Shown: positions 44,343 through 53,234, counted from the stretch's first letter. The stretch is 64,000 nucleotides of DNA from an uncultured Phycisphaeraceae bacterium (GCA_964495075.1 CAZBUJ010000010.1:14334-78333); one strand, 5' to 3'. The notes: generated by a model from the letters alone, not told the origin. Made by a program: numbers and translations.

Positions 44343-46100
44343 ATGACAGCCAGGTTCGATGCCAAGCGCCTGTTCAACGACGTGGACGCCGTGGCGGCCG
44401 TGGTGCCGGCATCGGAGGTCTTCTCGCTACTGACGCGTGCGCTTGATCTTCCGCCCGCGTGGGCGGCCCTCGTCGGCGACGTCCAAGGGGGGCAGCGGTT
44501 CTTCGCGCCCGGTGAGGTCGTACCGCGCGAAAACGCCGATGAGCTGCTCCTCGTACGCGTCACGCCGATCGACCTCCGCGTCCAGGAATCCGGCCTCGTC
44601 TCCCGCGACAAGTACCAGTTCGATGCGGAAGTCCGCGTCCGGGTCGCGCTCATCGCCGATCGCGGGGAACTCAGCTCGTTTCAGAACACCGCGCTGGGCA
44701 GCAAGCGGACGGCCACCAGCGACACGTTGGCCCAACTCCTCCGTCCCGACATCCGGTCCGCCCTCATCGACGTGGTCGGCGAGTCGAACGCGGAGACACT
44801 GATCACCGATGCCGACCGCCACACCTGGTCCGACCGGCTGAACGCGGCACTCAAGCCGGTCTGTTTCCGCGCCGGCCTGGCCGTCGACGCGGCCCCGTCG
44901 GTGCGCTTCGATTCGCCGACGTTCCGGCAGGTGCGCGTGTCGCAGGAACAGACGGCCCGCCATCAGGCCGAGCACCAGGCACGCCGACAACTGGAGCAGG
45001 CCATCGAAGCGGCACAGGTCGAACACCTCGACCACCTCGAGAGCCTGCTGGCCCGGTTGAAGGACGCCGCCGACTCCTCACCGGACGTGGAACTGCCGGA
45101 GCTCATGCGTACCTTCTCGCAACGAGAGCGCGGCGAGATGTACGAGGCGCTGTTCGCGGCGGATTCGGTGCAGGCCACACGGTGGATCGTGGTGGCCACC
45201 AGCGACGGGCTTTACTGGTTCGACCCGGCATCGCCGGGCGAACCGGCCCGCGCCGTCGACGTCGTGCCGGAGGTCGGCGGGATTCGAAGCGTGCACTGTC
45301 TGCGTTCGTCCGCGAGTGATCAGCGACTGTTGCTCGGCGCCGCCCGTGGCGTGTACGAGTTCGTGCCCGAGGGCACGGATCCGGCTGCGATCTATGTCGC
45401 CGATCGGCAGCGCGAGGTCCGCGGCGGGTTCAACGCGGTCGCGCTGGCCGGCCGCCAACTCTGGGCGTCGCACTCGGAACTCGGCCTGGTCCGCTGGGAT
45501 CGCACGGCGCCGGACCGACCGGAGCCCGTTCTCGAATCGCAAACCCAAGCCGCCCGCGCGGTGCGCGGCGTGCTGTTCCACGAAGGGAAGATCTGGGTCT
45601 CGCTCGACGACCGGGTCGCGTCGCTGCCCGCCGATGCTCCCGGGTCCGAGCCCGATTGGTATACCGGCAGCGAGGCGACGATCACGGCCCTGGCCGTCAC
45701 GCCGGGCGGCGTGCTGGGCGGCACCGCGGACGGCCGGATCCTGCACTGGCGGTTCGACGAACCCCGGGCCCCGCAGACGCTGCACACCGGAAACCGGCGT
45801 TCGGTCGAGTCGATCCACGTGCTCAGCACCGGCGGCGTCGATCGCCTCTTCTTCACCGACACGTCGCTGGCCGTCCACGCCCGGGTGCGGGGCGATTCGT
45901 TTACGTGCCGTTACGAGGCGGGCGGCCAGACGTTGCGGCGGGTGGAGGTCATGCCGGACCTGATCGTGGCCACCAATGACGTGCGCGATCGCCTGGTCTG
46001 CTGGTCGCCGTCCAGACCCGACCAGCCCCGCGCGGTCATCCCCGTCGCCCGGCTGACCCACCATTCCGTACAGGATGTCTGCCTCGTGCCGACGGCGTGA
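44343..46100 (+). CDS. SPFH/Band-7-like N-domain, coiled coil, and C-terminal beta-propeller-like domain protein
   Basis: The N-domain pattern (LLLVRVTPIDLRVQ...FDAEVRVRVALI...LAQLLRPDIRSALIDVVGESNAETLIT...AGLAVDAAPSVRFDSPTF) resembles SPFH. It is followed by a Gln/Glu/Arg-rich coiled coil and about 300 aa of repetitive beta-rich sequence. An alternative GTG start lies at 44307. Confidence 0.55.
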   Translation: MTARFDAKRLFNDVDAVAAVVPASEVFSLLTRALDLPPAWAALVGDVQGGQRFFAPGEVVPRENADELLLVRVTPIDLRVQESGLVSRDKYQFDAEVRVRVALIADRGELSSFQNTALGSKRTATSDTLAQLLRPDIRSALIDVVGESNAETLITDADRHTWSDRLNAALKPVCFRAGLAVDAAPSVRFDSPTFRQVRVSQEQTARHQAEHQARRQLEQAIEAAQVEHLDHLESLLARLKDAADSSPDVELPELMRTFSQRERGEMYEALFAADSVQATRWIVVATSDGLYWFDPASPGEPARAVDVVPEVGGIRSVHCLRSSASDQRLLLGAARGVYEFVPEGTDPAAIYVADRQREVRGGFNAVALAGRQLWASHSELGLVRWDRTAPDRPEPVLESQTQAARAVRGVLFHEGKIWVSLDDRVASLPADAPGSEPDWYTGSEATITALAVTPGGVLGGTADGRILHWRFDEPRAPQTLHTGNRRSVESIHVLSTGGVDRLFFTDTSLAVHARVRGDSFTCRYEAGGQTLRRVEVMPDLIVATNDVRDRLVCWSPSRPDQPRAVIPVARLTHHSVQDVCLVPTA

Positions 46101-46336
46101 GCCGCCGGCCGCCACCGTTCAGTGCCATCGCCCAACTGCCGCCCTGCTCTTGGGGCCGGATTCGGGGGTTATGCCCTCACGCCTCGGCTCGGCCACCAGA
46201 TCGCCGTCGTGCCTCCCCACGATACCCAAACCCTCCGTGTCACCCGACCCGTCAATAATGGTGCGCCAGAGAACGTTACCCTCCGCATCGAACCGGGCGA
46301 GCCGGAGCTTCCGCCGGTCCGAACTGCCGCCGGCGG

Positions 46337-46531
46337 TTAGCCGGTGACGGCAAACCCGCCGTCGGCGGTGGCCGTCACGGTATTCACGACATCCGTCTCG
46401 CTACCTCCACAGGTCAACGCGTACACCGCACACTCGTCCGCCGTCGCGACCATCGTCTGGGACAACACACGCAGCAGATCCGTGTCACCATCCTGGTCAT
46501 CTGTCGGTCCTCCATTCTCGAGATTCGCCAT
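46337..46531 (-). CDS. Possible small ORF (64 aa), acidic N-half and Cys/Thr/Gly-rich C-half
   Basis: MANLENGGPTDDQDGDTDLLRVLSQTMVATADECAVYALTCGGSETDVVNTVTATADGGFAVTG. Third-position GC is about 70% by hand count, compatible with coding. No homology recognised. The longer 144-aa ORF upstream looks non-coding. Confidence 0.25.
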   Translation of the reverse strand: MANLENGGPTDDQDGDTDLLRVLSQTMVATADECAVYALTCGGSETDVVNTVTATADGGFAVTG

Positions 46532-46864
46532 ACGGTTTCGGCGGGAAGATCGGGTTGCAGAAGTGCCCTCCCGTGGGGGCCATGCGCCGACTCCCACCAC
46601 TACTGCGGGGCAAACCGCACGCAGAGACCCTTCGCCTGGCACTTGGACCCGTGTGATCCGAGCGACAGCCGCAGACCTCCCGGACGCACGCTCTCTCCCC
46701 AATTCACTGATACGTCGGGTGCGGCCAGCGCTCCCGCGACCGCCGGAGTCAATTGCGCACACGTTGAGCAACAGTCGGACTGAACGCCCGCTCGCGGCGG
46801 TGCGTCATCAAGCCGTGCTGTCGACAGCCGGTATGAAGCGATGATCCAGAATCAGGTTACGCGA

Positions 46865-48142
46865 TCAATGAGGCTCATGACGGCTTGGTGAATCTGTGCC
46901 GTTCATCGGCACCGAATCCCCGCCAATACGGAGGAACTTCATCAACGGCTTCATGGTCAAGCCCTGCGCGATGAGCGAGAACATGATCACCATGAAGCCG
47001 GAAATCAGCAGCACGGGACGAAAGGCGTCCAGGGCCGGGTGCCTGGGCAGGCCCAGCAGCAACGCGATCGGAATCGACCCTCGCAGTCCGCCCCAGAACA
47101 GAATGTGCGACCACCGCCACGGACGATGCGTCCCCCGCAGATTAAGCACCCAATACAACGGGTACACCGCCACCGCCCGGGCCGCTACGAACGCCAGGAC
47201 AGCCACCAGGATCGGCCGTGCGTTCGCCGAAATGTCATGCCGCGTCACTTCCTGCAACTCCAGCCCGATCAGAATGAACAGCACCGAGTTGATCAAGAAA
47301 TCAACCGACCCGAAAAACGTCTCCACCGTGTCGGTGGCCTGGGTGCTCATCGACAGCCGCCGCCCGTAGTTGCCGATCATCAGCCCGGCCAGCACCGTCG
47401 CGATCACACCCGACACGTGCACGACTTCGGCCAGCCAGAACGAGCCGTAGGCGGCCACCAGGCAGATCGCGTTCTCCAGCAGGTGGTCCTCCAGCTTCAG
47501 CAGCATCCAGTGGGCCGCCAGCCCGATGACCAGCCCCAGCAAGAATCCGCCCGCCGCCACTTTGACGAACTCGAGCACCGCGTACGACGCGTGAAACTCG
47601 GCCCCGCTGACCACCATCTGCAGGATGATCGTGAAGATCACCACCCCGACCCCGTCGTTGAACAGTGATTCGCCCTCGACCAGGTACCGAAGATCCTGCG
47701 GGGCGTTGGCCTCCTTGAAAATCGCCAGCACGCTTACCGGGTCCGTGGGTGAGATCAGCGATCCGAACAGCAACGCGATCAGCCACGCCGACACGCCGCC
47801 CAGCCAGAAGTACATCCCGCCGATGACGAACGTCGAAATCAGTACGCCGAGAACGGCGAAGGTCAGAATCGGCCACAAGTGGCTCAGCAGGCGGTTCAAT
47901 TCCATGTGCAGCGCGCCGTGGAACAACAGCGGCGGCAACATTACGAAGAAGATCAGGTCCTTGCTGAACCCGGTCTCCGCGATCGCCGGCCCGACCCCGG
48001 CCAACGCGACCGCCAGCCCGACCACCGTCAGCGCCACCGTGTACGGAACGTGGGCGATCCACTTCGCCAGCGTGCCGACCAGGCACGCCACCAGTAGCAG
48101 TCCTACGTAAATCCCCGTCGCGTGCTGAATCGGATGATCCAT
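46865..48142 (-). CDS. Na+/H+ antiporter, CPA1 (NhaP-type)
   Basis: About 425 aa from the ATG at 48142 (MDHPIQHATGIYVGLLL). About 12 TM helices, PTDPVSV and ESLFNDG motifs typical of CPA1 exchangers. Confidence 0.85.
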   Translation of the reverse strand: MDHPIQHATGIYVGLLLVACLVGTLAKWIAHVPYTVALTVVGLAVALAGVGPAIAETGFSKDLIFFVMLPPLLFHGALHMELNRLLSHLWPILTFAVLGVLISTFVIGGMYFWLGGVSAWLIALLFGSLISPTDPVSVLAIFKEANAPQDLRYLVEGESLFNDGVGVVIFTIILQMVVSGAEFHASYAVLEFVKVAAGGFLLGLVIGLAAHWMLLKLEDHLLENAICLVAAYGSFWLAEVVHVSGVIATVLAGLMIGNYGRRLSMSTQATDTVETFFGSVDFLINSVLFILIGLELQEVTRHDISANARPILVAVLAFVAARAVAVYPLYWVLNLRGTHRPWRWSHILFWGGLRGSIPIALLLGLPRHPALDAFRPVLLISGFMVIMFSLIAQGLTMKPLMKFLRIGGDSVPMNGTDSPSRHEPH

Positions 48143-48340
48143 GAAGCCCTGTTCCGGTTCCCGCGGCTGATCGAAGGCCGGGCACCAAGTGGATTCGCTG
48201 CACTCGCGCCGTATTGTGGCGGAAACCTGCCTGCCCACAAGGTGGATTCGGGCATCCGCCCCCTGGCCAGCCGCATCACCGGTCCGACGTGTGCGTGGGG
48301 CCTCTACGAACCGGGTGGCGTGCGGTCTGACCGATCGCCA

Positions 48341-48904
48341 CTATGCGCACCCGCCGCAACCCTCGCCCGCCTCGCGCTCCGCGTCCGGAAGTAGCCCCAG
48401 TCGCTCGACCTGGCCCGTGGAGAGCCGATTCCGCGCCACTTCGTCCGCGTCGTTCGCCTCGTGGCAGTGCGGACATTCGCACCCGTTGGCCAACCCTGCC
48501 TCATCCGTGGCGGCCAGCTCGCCGCACCAGTCGCAACGGAAGTAGATCGCATCATACGCGGCATGGTCGTCCACCAGCGAACCCAGCACGTCGATCTCTT
48601 CCCCGCAATGCGGACACGCCTGTTCCGTACCGGCGGCCGCCGCGTCGAAACGGGCCTGCTCATCACAGAACGGACAAATCAGGAAGATCATGCCCGGTTC
48701 GTCCTCCGCGGCCCCGATCGACGCGTCGCCGGACACGTCCGCACCATCCGCGCTCTCCCGGCTTGCCAGCCATCGCTCGGTCTCGGTCGGCAAGGCGATG
48801 AAGGTGTGGCACTGCGAACACTCCACCGTCGTACCGGCCGCGATTCCCGGGTATCGGCCGACCGCGCCGCACGCCGAGCAAGCCATCTCGATCTCGTCCG
48901 CCAT
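48341..48904 (-). CDS. Acidic protein with four zinc-ribbon (CxxC...CxxC) modules, hypothetical
   Basis: From the ATG at 48904: CSACG...CSQCH, CPFCD...CPHCG, CDWCG...CPHCH, and a terminal CGGC. Confidence 0.55.
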   Translation of the reverse strand: MADEIEMACSACGAVGRYPGIAAGTTVECSQCHTFIALPTETERWLASRESADGADVSGDASIGAAEDEPGMIFLICPFCDEQARFDAAAAGTEQACPHCGEEIDVLGSLVDDHAAYDAIYFRCDWCGELAATDEAGLANGCECPHCHEANDADEVARNRLSTGQVERLGLLPDAEREAGEGCGGCA

Positions 48905-49005
48905 TGCATCGCTCCCTGCCACATTATCCGCGCCGGCACGCCGCCGGGCCGGCCACGACGATTGTCGCGGTCCTCCCGTTCCCATACAATCCCGCACGAA
49001 GAGGA

Positions 49006-49962
49006 TCAGCCGCCCGGCTCAGCGGTGCGCTTGAGTTGCCCTAGCAGATCCCGGATCCTCCCCACCGGAAACTCGGTCAGGATCGCGTCGATGCGGCGCG
49101 CGAAGGCCTTGCGGCCAAGCCCCTGGTGCAGCCGGCAGTGCAGGGGCAGTGCCAACCTTTTATCCCAAATAGCATTAGGATCGAATTCGTACGGATGGCA
49201 ATACATCACGGCGGGCTGGCCTCGGGCCTCGATCCGCCGAAGCCCCCACCGGATCAGTGGTAACGGCAACAGGCGATAGTATCCGCCGCCGCCAAGCGGA
49301 ACGCGCCCCCAGGGAACGACATCCAGGGTCGCCACCGGCAACTCGATCAACTCCGCCCCCGACCGGCACCGCAAACGATGCGGACCGGGATACCAGCCCC
49401 GGATCCCGTAGCCGCGGATCCGCATTGGAAAGACCGACGAGTCCACGCGGAACCCCTCTTCGGCGAGGACGTCCAGGGCCCAGGCCGTCCGCTCGGTCAA
49501 TGAAAATCGGGGCGCGCGATACGCGGTGACCGGCCGCCCGATCGAATCTTCCACCGCCGCCTTGGCCCGCGCGATGTCGGCCCGAAAGGCCCGCGGGGCC
49601 TGCCGGGTGATCTCCGTGTGGTCGTAGCCGTGCGTCTGCACTTCGTGCCCGCAGCGGTCCAGCTCACGCACGAAGTCCGGCGAATGCTCCGCCAGGTTGC
49701 CGAGCACGAAAAACGTGGCCCGCACGTCGCAGCAGGCCAGCAGATTGAGCAAGCGATCCGCCCCGGCCCGGAACCGGTGGGACGCCGGCCGACCACCTCC
49801 CAGCACGGACTGGTGCCAATCCTCCAGGTCGACGGTCAGGGCATGGCGGGGGCCGCCCCCGGGGACCATCCTCAACGGGGCCATGGCCACCCCCTCCACC
49901 GGTGTCTCGCGCCAGCGGGTCGGCGTTGCGTCGCGTGTCGTGATGGGCAGCGAATCGACCAC
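49006..49962 (-). CDS. Polysaccharide deacetylase family protein with a DUF3473-type C-terminus (the subfamily often linked to exopolysaccharide/PEP-CTERM loci)
   Basis: ALTVDLEDWHQS, ATFFVLGNLAE, GHEVQTHGYDH, YRAPRFS, GGGYYRLLP and YCHPYEFDP. Confidence 0.8.
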   Translation of the reverse strand: MVDSLPITTRDATPTRWRETPVEGVAMAPLRMVPGGGPRHALTVDLEDWHQSVLGGGRPASHRFRAGADRLLNLLACCDVRATFFVLGNLAEHSPDFVRELDRCGHEVQTHGYDHTEITRQAPRAFRADIARAKAAVEDSIGRPVTAYRAPRFSLTERTAWALDVLAEEGFRVDSSVFPMRIRGYGIRGWYPGPHRLRCRSGAELIELPVATLDVVPWGRVPLGGGGYYRLLPLPLIRWGLRRIEARGQPAVMYCHPYEFDPNAIWDKRLALPLHCRLHQGLGRKAFARRIDAILTEFPVGRIRDLLGQLKRTAEPGG

Positions 49963-50185
49963 CGGTCGGCCTGCCTCGCGTTACCTTGATGAACCCGCCG
50001 TCGACCGGGCACGGTGACCGGCCTGCGGTACGCCTACTGAACCGTCGTCCGCCGGCGGGGCCTGTCTTGAGAATCTTCTGAAGTGAGCGGGATGTCGGGG
50101 GCCGCCGGTGTCGCCGGCCGACGAGGCGGTGATAGCGCCGGTTGCTGCCAAGCGTCGTGCGGACGCGACGGACCTGGCCAGCCGC

Positions 50186-50761
50186 CTACTTCTTCCTTTT
50201 TTTGGCCTTGGCTTTTTTCGCCCTCGCCGCCTTGGTCGCCTTTTTGGCCGTGGTGACGGTTTTTGCCTTCACGACCTTCTTCACCGTCTTCTTGACGGCT
50301 TTCTTGGTTGTCTTGGTCGCCTTGGTCTTGGTCGTTTTCTTGGCGGTCGCCTTCTTCGCGGTCTTCTCCTTGGCGACCGCGACTTTCGGTTTGGGCCCAC
50401 GAATGATCGATGGCGTGAGCGGCTTCTTGGGGGCTTTCACTCTGGCGGCCGCCTTCTTCGACTTGCTCGGCTCGGGGATGGGCTCCGGCTTCCACCGGTT
50501 CTTGGTATCGGGCGGTGGCGGCACCGTATCATCGATGGCGGACACCAACAGCCCGGTGTAATACCCCTCGGCTTGAAGCCGTTCCATCTGCGCGTCGGCG
50601 TCTTTCTTGTCCACGCATTTTAGCAGGGTGAGCGTCAAGCCATCGGCATAGCCGGTCAGCTTCCAGGCGAACGCGGGCGGCTCCTTCTTTTTCGCGGCGG
50701 GGCTCGCCGACGTCTCGGTACCGCTGTTTTCTTCTGTCTTTTCTCTGGGTTCGTTTTCCAC
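50186..50761 (-). CDS. Protein with a small globular N-domain and a Lys/Ala/Thr-rich histone-H1-like C-terminal tail
   Basis: 191 aa. The C-terminal 80 or so aa read KPKVAVAKEKTAKKATAKKTTKTKATKTTKKAVKKTVKKVVKAKTVTTAKKATKAARAKKAKAKKRKK. Confidence 0.6.
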   Translation of the reverse strand: MENEPREKTEENSGTETSASPAAKKKEPPAFAWKLTGYADGLTLTLLKCVDKKDADAQMERLQAEGYYTGLLVSAIDDTVPPPPDTKNRWKPEPIPEPSKSKKAAARVKAPKKPLTPSIIRGPKPKVAVAKEKTAKKATAKKTTKTKATKTTKKAVKKTVKKVVKAKTVTTAKKATKAARAKKAKAKKRKK

Positions 50762-50911
50762 GGTCGGACCTGTCTGCCTAATTCGCCCAAGCTGATGACT
50801 GTTGTGCGGGGATGACGTCTTCCTTGGCGCTGACGGTGGTCCGCCACGGCAACTGTGGCGGGGTGCGCCAGCTTGATCCTAGGGATCACGCCAGCGCCTG
50901 TCCAGGGTCAT

Positions 50912-50985
50912 CGCGCCCGGGAGGACTCGAACCTCCAACCTACTGGTTCGAAGCCAGCCACTCTATCCAATTGAGCTACGGGCGC
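50912..50985 (-). tRNA. tRNA-Arg (anticodon TCG), 74 nt, CCA not encoded
   Basis: Hand-folded cloverleaf: acceptor GCGCCCG/CGGGCGC, D arm GCTC-AATTGGATA-GAGT, anticodon stem GCTGG/CCAGT with loop CTTCGAA, variable loop AGGTT, T arm GGAGG-TTCGAGT-CCTCC, discriminator G. Confidence 0.85.
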
Positions 50986-51445
50986 TTCGCGCCGCTCGAC
51001 CGGCCGCCGCGATCGATCGGCCGATAGGCGACCCAGGACTGGGTTCCGACGCGTATTATATGAATTTGTTCCCGCCGTGCCACCTCGCCACGCCGGTCAT
51101 ATTGACAGTTACCCCGGCATCAGGCTTCCGCACCACTGGAACCGGTCATCGGATGCCCATCGGCCGAACCGCCGGAAAAGATGCGCCAAAGAACGCCGCC
51201 GATCTGGGCGACGCGGTGACGACGGGGACGCTCGCGTGGCTCGCCGGCTGGCTCGCCGGCGTCGATCCACAATCTGATCACCACCCGATCCCAACCGTGG
51301 CGCGACCGCGCCCGGCAGCGCCCGACAACGCCGCCATCCCCGTGGGCGCACTCGCCGAACTCGATACGGAAACCATGACGTCGACGATCCCGCAGCGCTC
51401 CGTTTGCCCGCGGAGCGCCGAGTCGGCCGACGGCCGGAGTGCGGG

Positions 51446-52528
51446 CTAGGGCGACGCCGGCACGGTCGGACAGCCGATCTGCTCGCGTAGCTGCTTCGCC
51501 TCCGGGTGGTCCGGGTGGGTGTCCAGCAGGGAGTCCACCGCAATACAGGCGTCCTCCTTCCGACCGACCGCATACTGCAATCGAGCCGTCTCCAGCAGCA
51601 GTTCGGGCGGCGTGTTGGGCGCGGTGTTCGTCACGCCCTGCTCGAGAATCGCCACCGCCTGATGCCAGGCCATCAACCGCCCAAGATCCGCCTGGTCCTG
51701 GATCACGTGAGCCATGGCGATGTAGGTGTTCGCCTGTTCGGGCATGACGGCCTGCCGGGTCTGCAGGATGCCGAGCCGGAGCCCCAGCATCTCGTTCAGC
51801 TTCATCAGCTTGGGCCGGTCGAACGGCGCTTCCCGGATGGCGGCGCGAGCCAGTTCCACCGCCCGCTGGGACGAAACATCCGCCTCCTCGTAGTTTTTCA
51901 TTTGCAGCAGCGTCTGGGCGAGGATGGCTTGGGCGGCCAGGCTGGGCTCCTCGTCCAGCTCGATCGCTTGCCGCGCGTGCTGCGCGGCATCCTCAAGCAT
52001 CTTCTGAGCCAGCTTGACCCGCGCCAAACCCAGGTGAATGGACGGCTCCACCTTGTTGAGCTTCAGCGCCTCTTCGTACTTGGCCTGGGCAAGCTCGTAG
52101 TAGCTCCCCTGGGTCAGGATGTCCGCCAACAGCTTGAAGCCCAGCCAGTCATTACTGCCCACCCGGGTCGACGTGTACTCCCGAAGGTAGCCCATCGCCT
52201 CCCGGTACCGCCCTTGCAGGAGCAACACCCGCCCCAGGACGAACGTGCCATGCGCGTTGGTTGGATCCTTGGCCAGAACATACTGCGCGAGCTGGTACGC
52301 CTTCTGGGCGGCCACGGTCGCTTCCGGACCGCCCGCCTCCGCCTTTTCGATCGCCGTCAACGCGAGGGTCACCGCGTCTGGAACCGTCAGCGCCTCGGCG
52401 GGCGGCGCGTCGGCGGCCTCCTCGGCCGGGGCGGCTTCCGGCGTCTGTCCCAGCGCGACGGGCAACCCCGCGTTGAGCAGCAGGCCCGCCCCGATGATCC
52501 ATGTCAGCGCTGCTGATACCCTCGTCAT
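51446..52528 (-). CDS. Secreted TPR-repeat protein
   Basis: 360 aa with a signal peptide (AALTWIIGAGLLLNAGLPVALGQ) and repeated A/Y/L helical pairs typical of TPR. Confidence 0.7.
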   Translation of the reverse strand: MTRVSAALTWIIGAGLLLNAGLPVALGQTPEAAPAEEAADAPPAEALTVPDAVTLALTAIEKAEAGGPEATVAAQKAYQLAQYVLAKDPTNAHGTFVLGRVLLLQGRYREAMGYLREYTSTRVGSNDWLGFKLLADILTQGSYYELAQAKYEEALKLNKVEPSIHLGLARVKLAQKMLEDAAQHARQAIELDEEPSLAAQAILAQTLLQMKNYEEADVSSQRAVELARAAIREAPFDRPKLMKLNEMLGLRLGILQTRQAVMPEQANTYIAMAHVIQDQADLGRLMAWHQAVAILEQGVTNTAPNTPPELLLETARLQYAVGRKEDACIAVDSLLDTHPDHPEAKQLREQIGCPTVPASP

Positions 52529-52672
52529 GATTGTGCCTCCCCAGGTGCCTTCGCTCCTACGCCGCCGAGCCTCTCTTGGTTCACAGGGGCTCTTATCGTT
52601 GCCGCGCCAATCGAGTGGGTCAAGGCCGGCCCGGCGGTAGGTGGCCAGACGCGAATCGGCCGCGGGATGTGA

Positions 52673-53155
52673 TCAGCCCTCGAGGGACAGGGTGCAGCCG
52701 GTGGGGGCGCCGATCGGAGTCGGACCGTCTTCTTCCGCCGAACCGGACGACGCCTGCTGGCCGGCGCGTTCCTTGTTCACCTTGTCGATCAGCATGACCC
52801 ACGTCTCGCGCTGATAGCGCAGGATCTTCAGCACATCGTCGATGTCCTGCACACTGCGATTCACGCTGGCGTCGACCATCTTGCGGTACAGAAAGGCATA
52901 GATGGCCGACATGCGATCGCAAAGCTCCCGGTTGACTTCCGGCCGCAGCCCGTTCTGCATCTCGACGATGATCGCCTGGGCACGTGACAGCCGCAGGTAC
53001 GACGTCTCATAATCCTTGACTTCAATCGCGTCGCGGGCCTGGAGGGTGAACCGGATCGCGCCGTCGTACAGCATCAGGTGGAGCTGCTCCGGCGTGGCGG
53101 TCATGACCGCGTCGCGGAGATACGCGTTGGGCGGCGGATTGGGCATGACGCCCAA
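52673..53155 (-). CDS. fliS: Flagellar export chaperone FliS
   Basis: 160 aa. TATPEQLHLMLYDGAIRFTLQA...RAQAIIVEMQNGL...LCDRMSAIYAFLYRKMVDA matches the FliS four-helix pattern. It lies downstream of fliD. Confidence 0.85.
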   Translation of the reverse strand: MGVMPNPPPNAYLRDAVMTATPEQLHLMLYDGAIRFTLQARDAIEVKDYETSYLRLSRAQAIIVEMQNGLRPEVNRELCDRMSAIYAFLYRKMVDASVNRSVQDIDDVLKILRYQRETWVMLIDKVNKERAGQQASSGSAEEDGPTPIGAPTGCTLSLEG

Positions 53156-53234
53156 TACATCGGAGTCCGAATGACGCGATATGACGTAAAAATGAGGCTC
53201 GCGTGGTGCCCGGACGGCCGGGGCGGCCCCGTCA

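Noticed and set aside
51060-51449. 129-aa plus-strand ORF between tRNA-Arg and the TPR gene
   Set aside because: The composition is Pro/Ala/Thr/Gly-rich with no TM segment or motif, and it is convergent with the 3' end of the TPR gene. It is not convincing as a gene, although the 460-bp gap stays unexplained.
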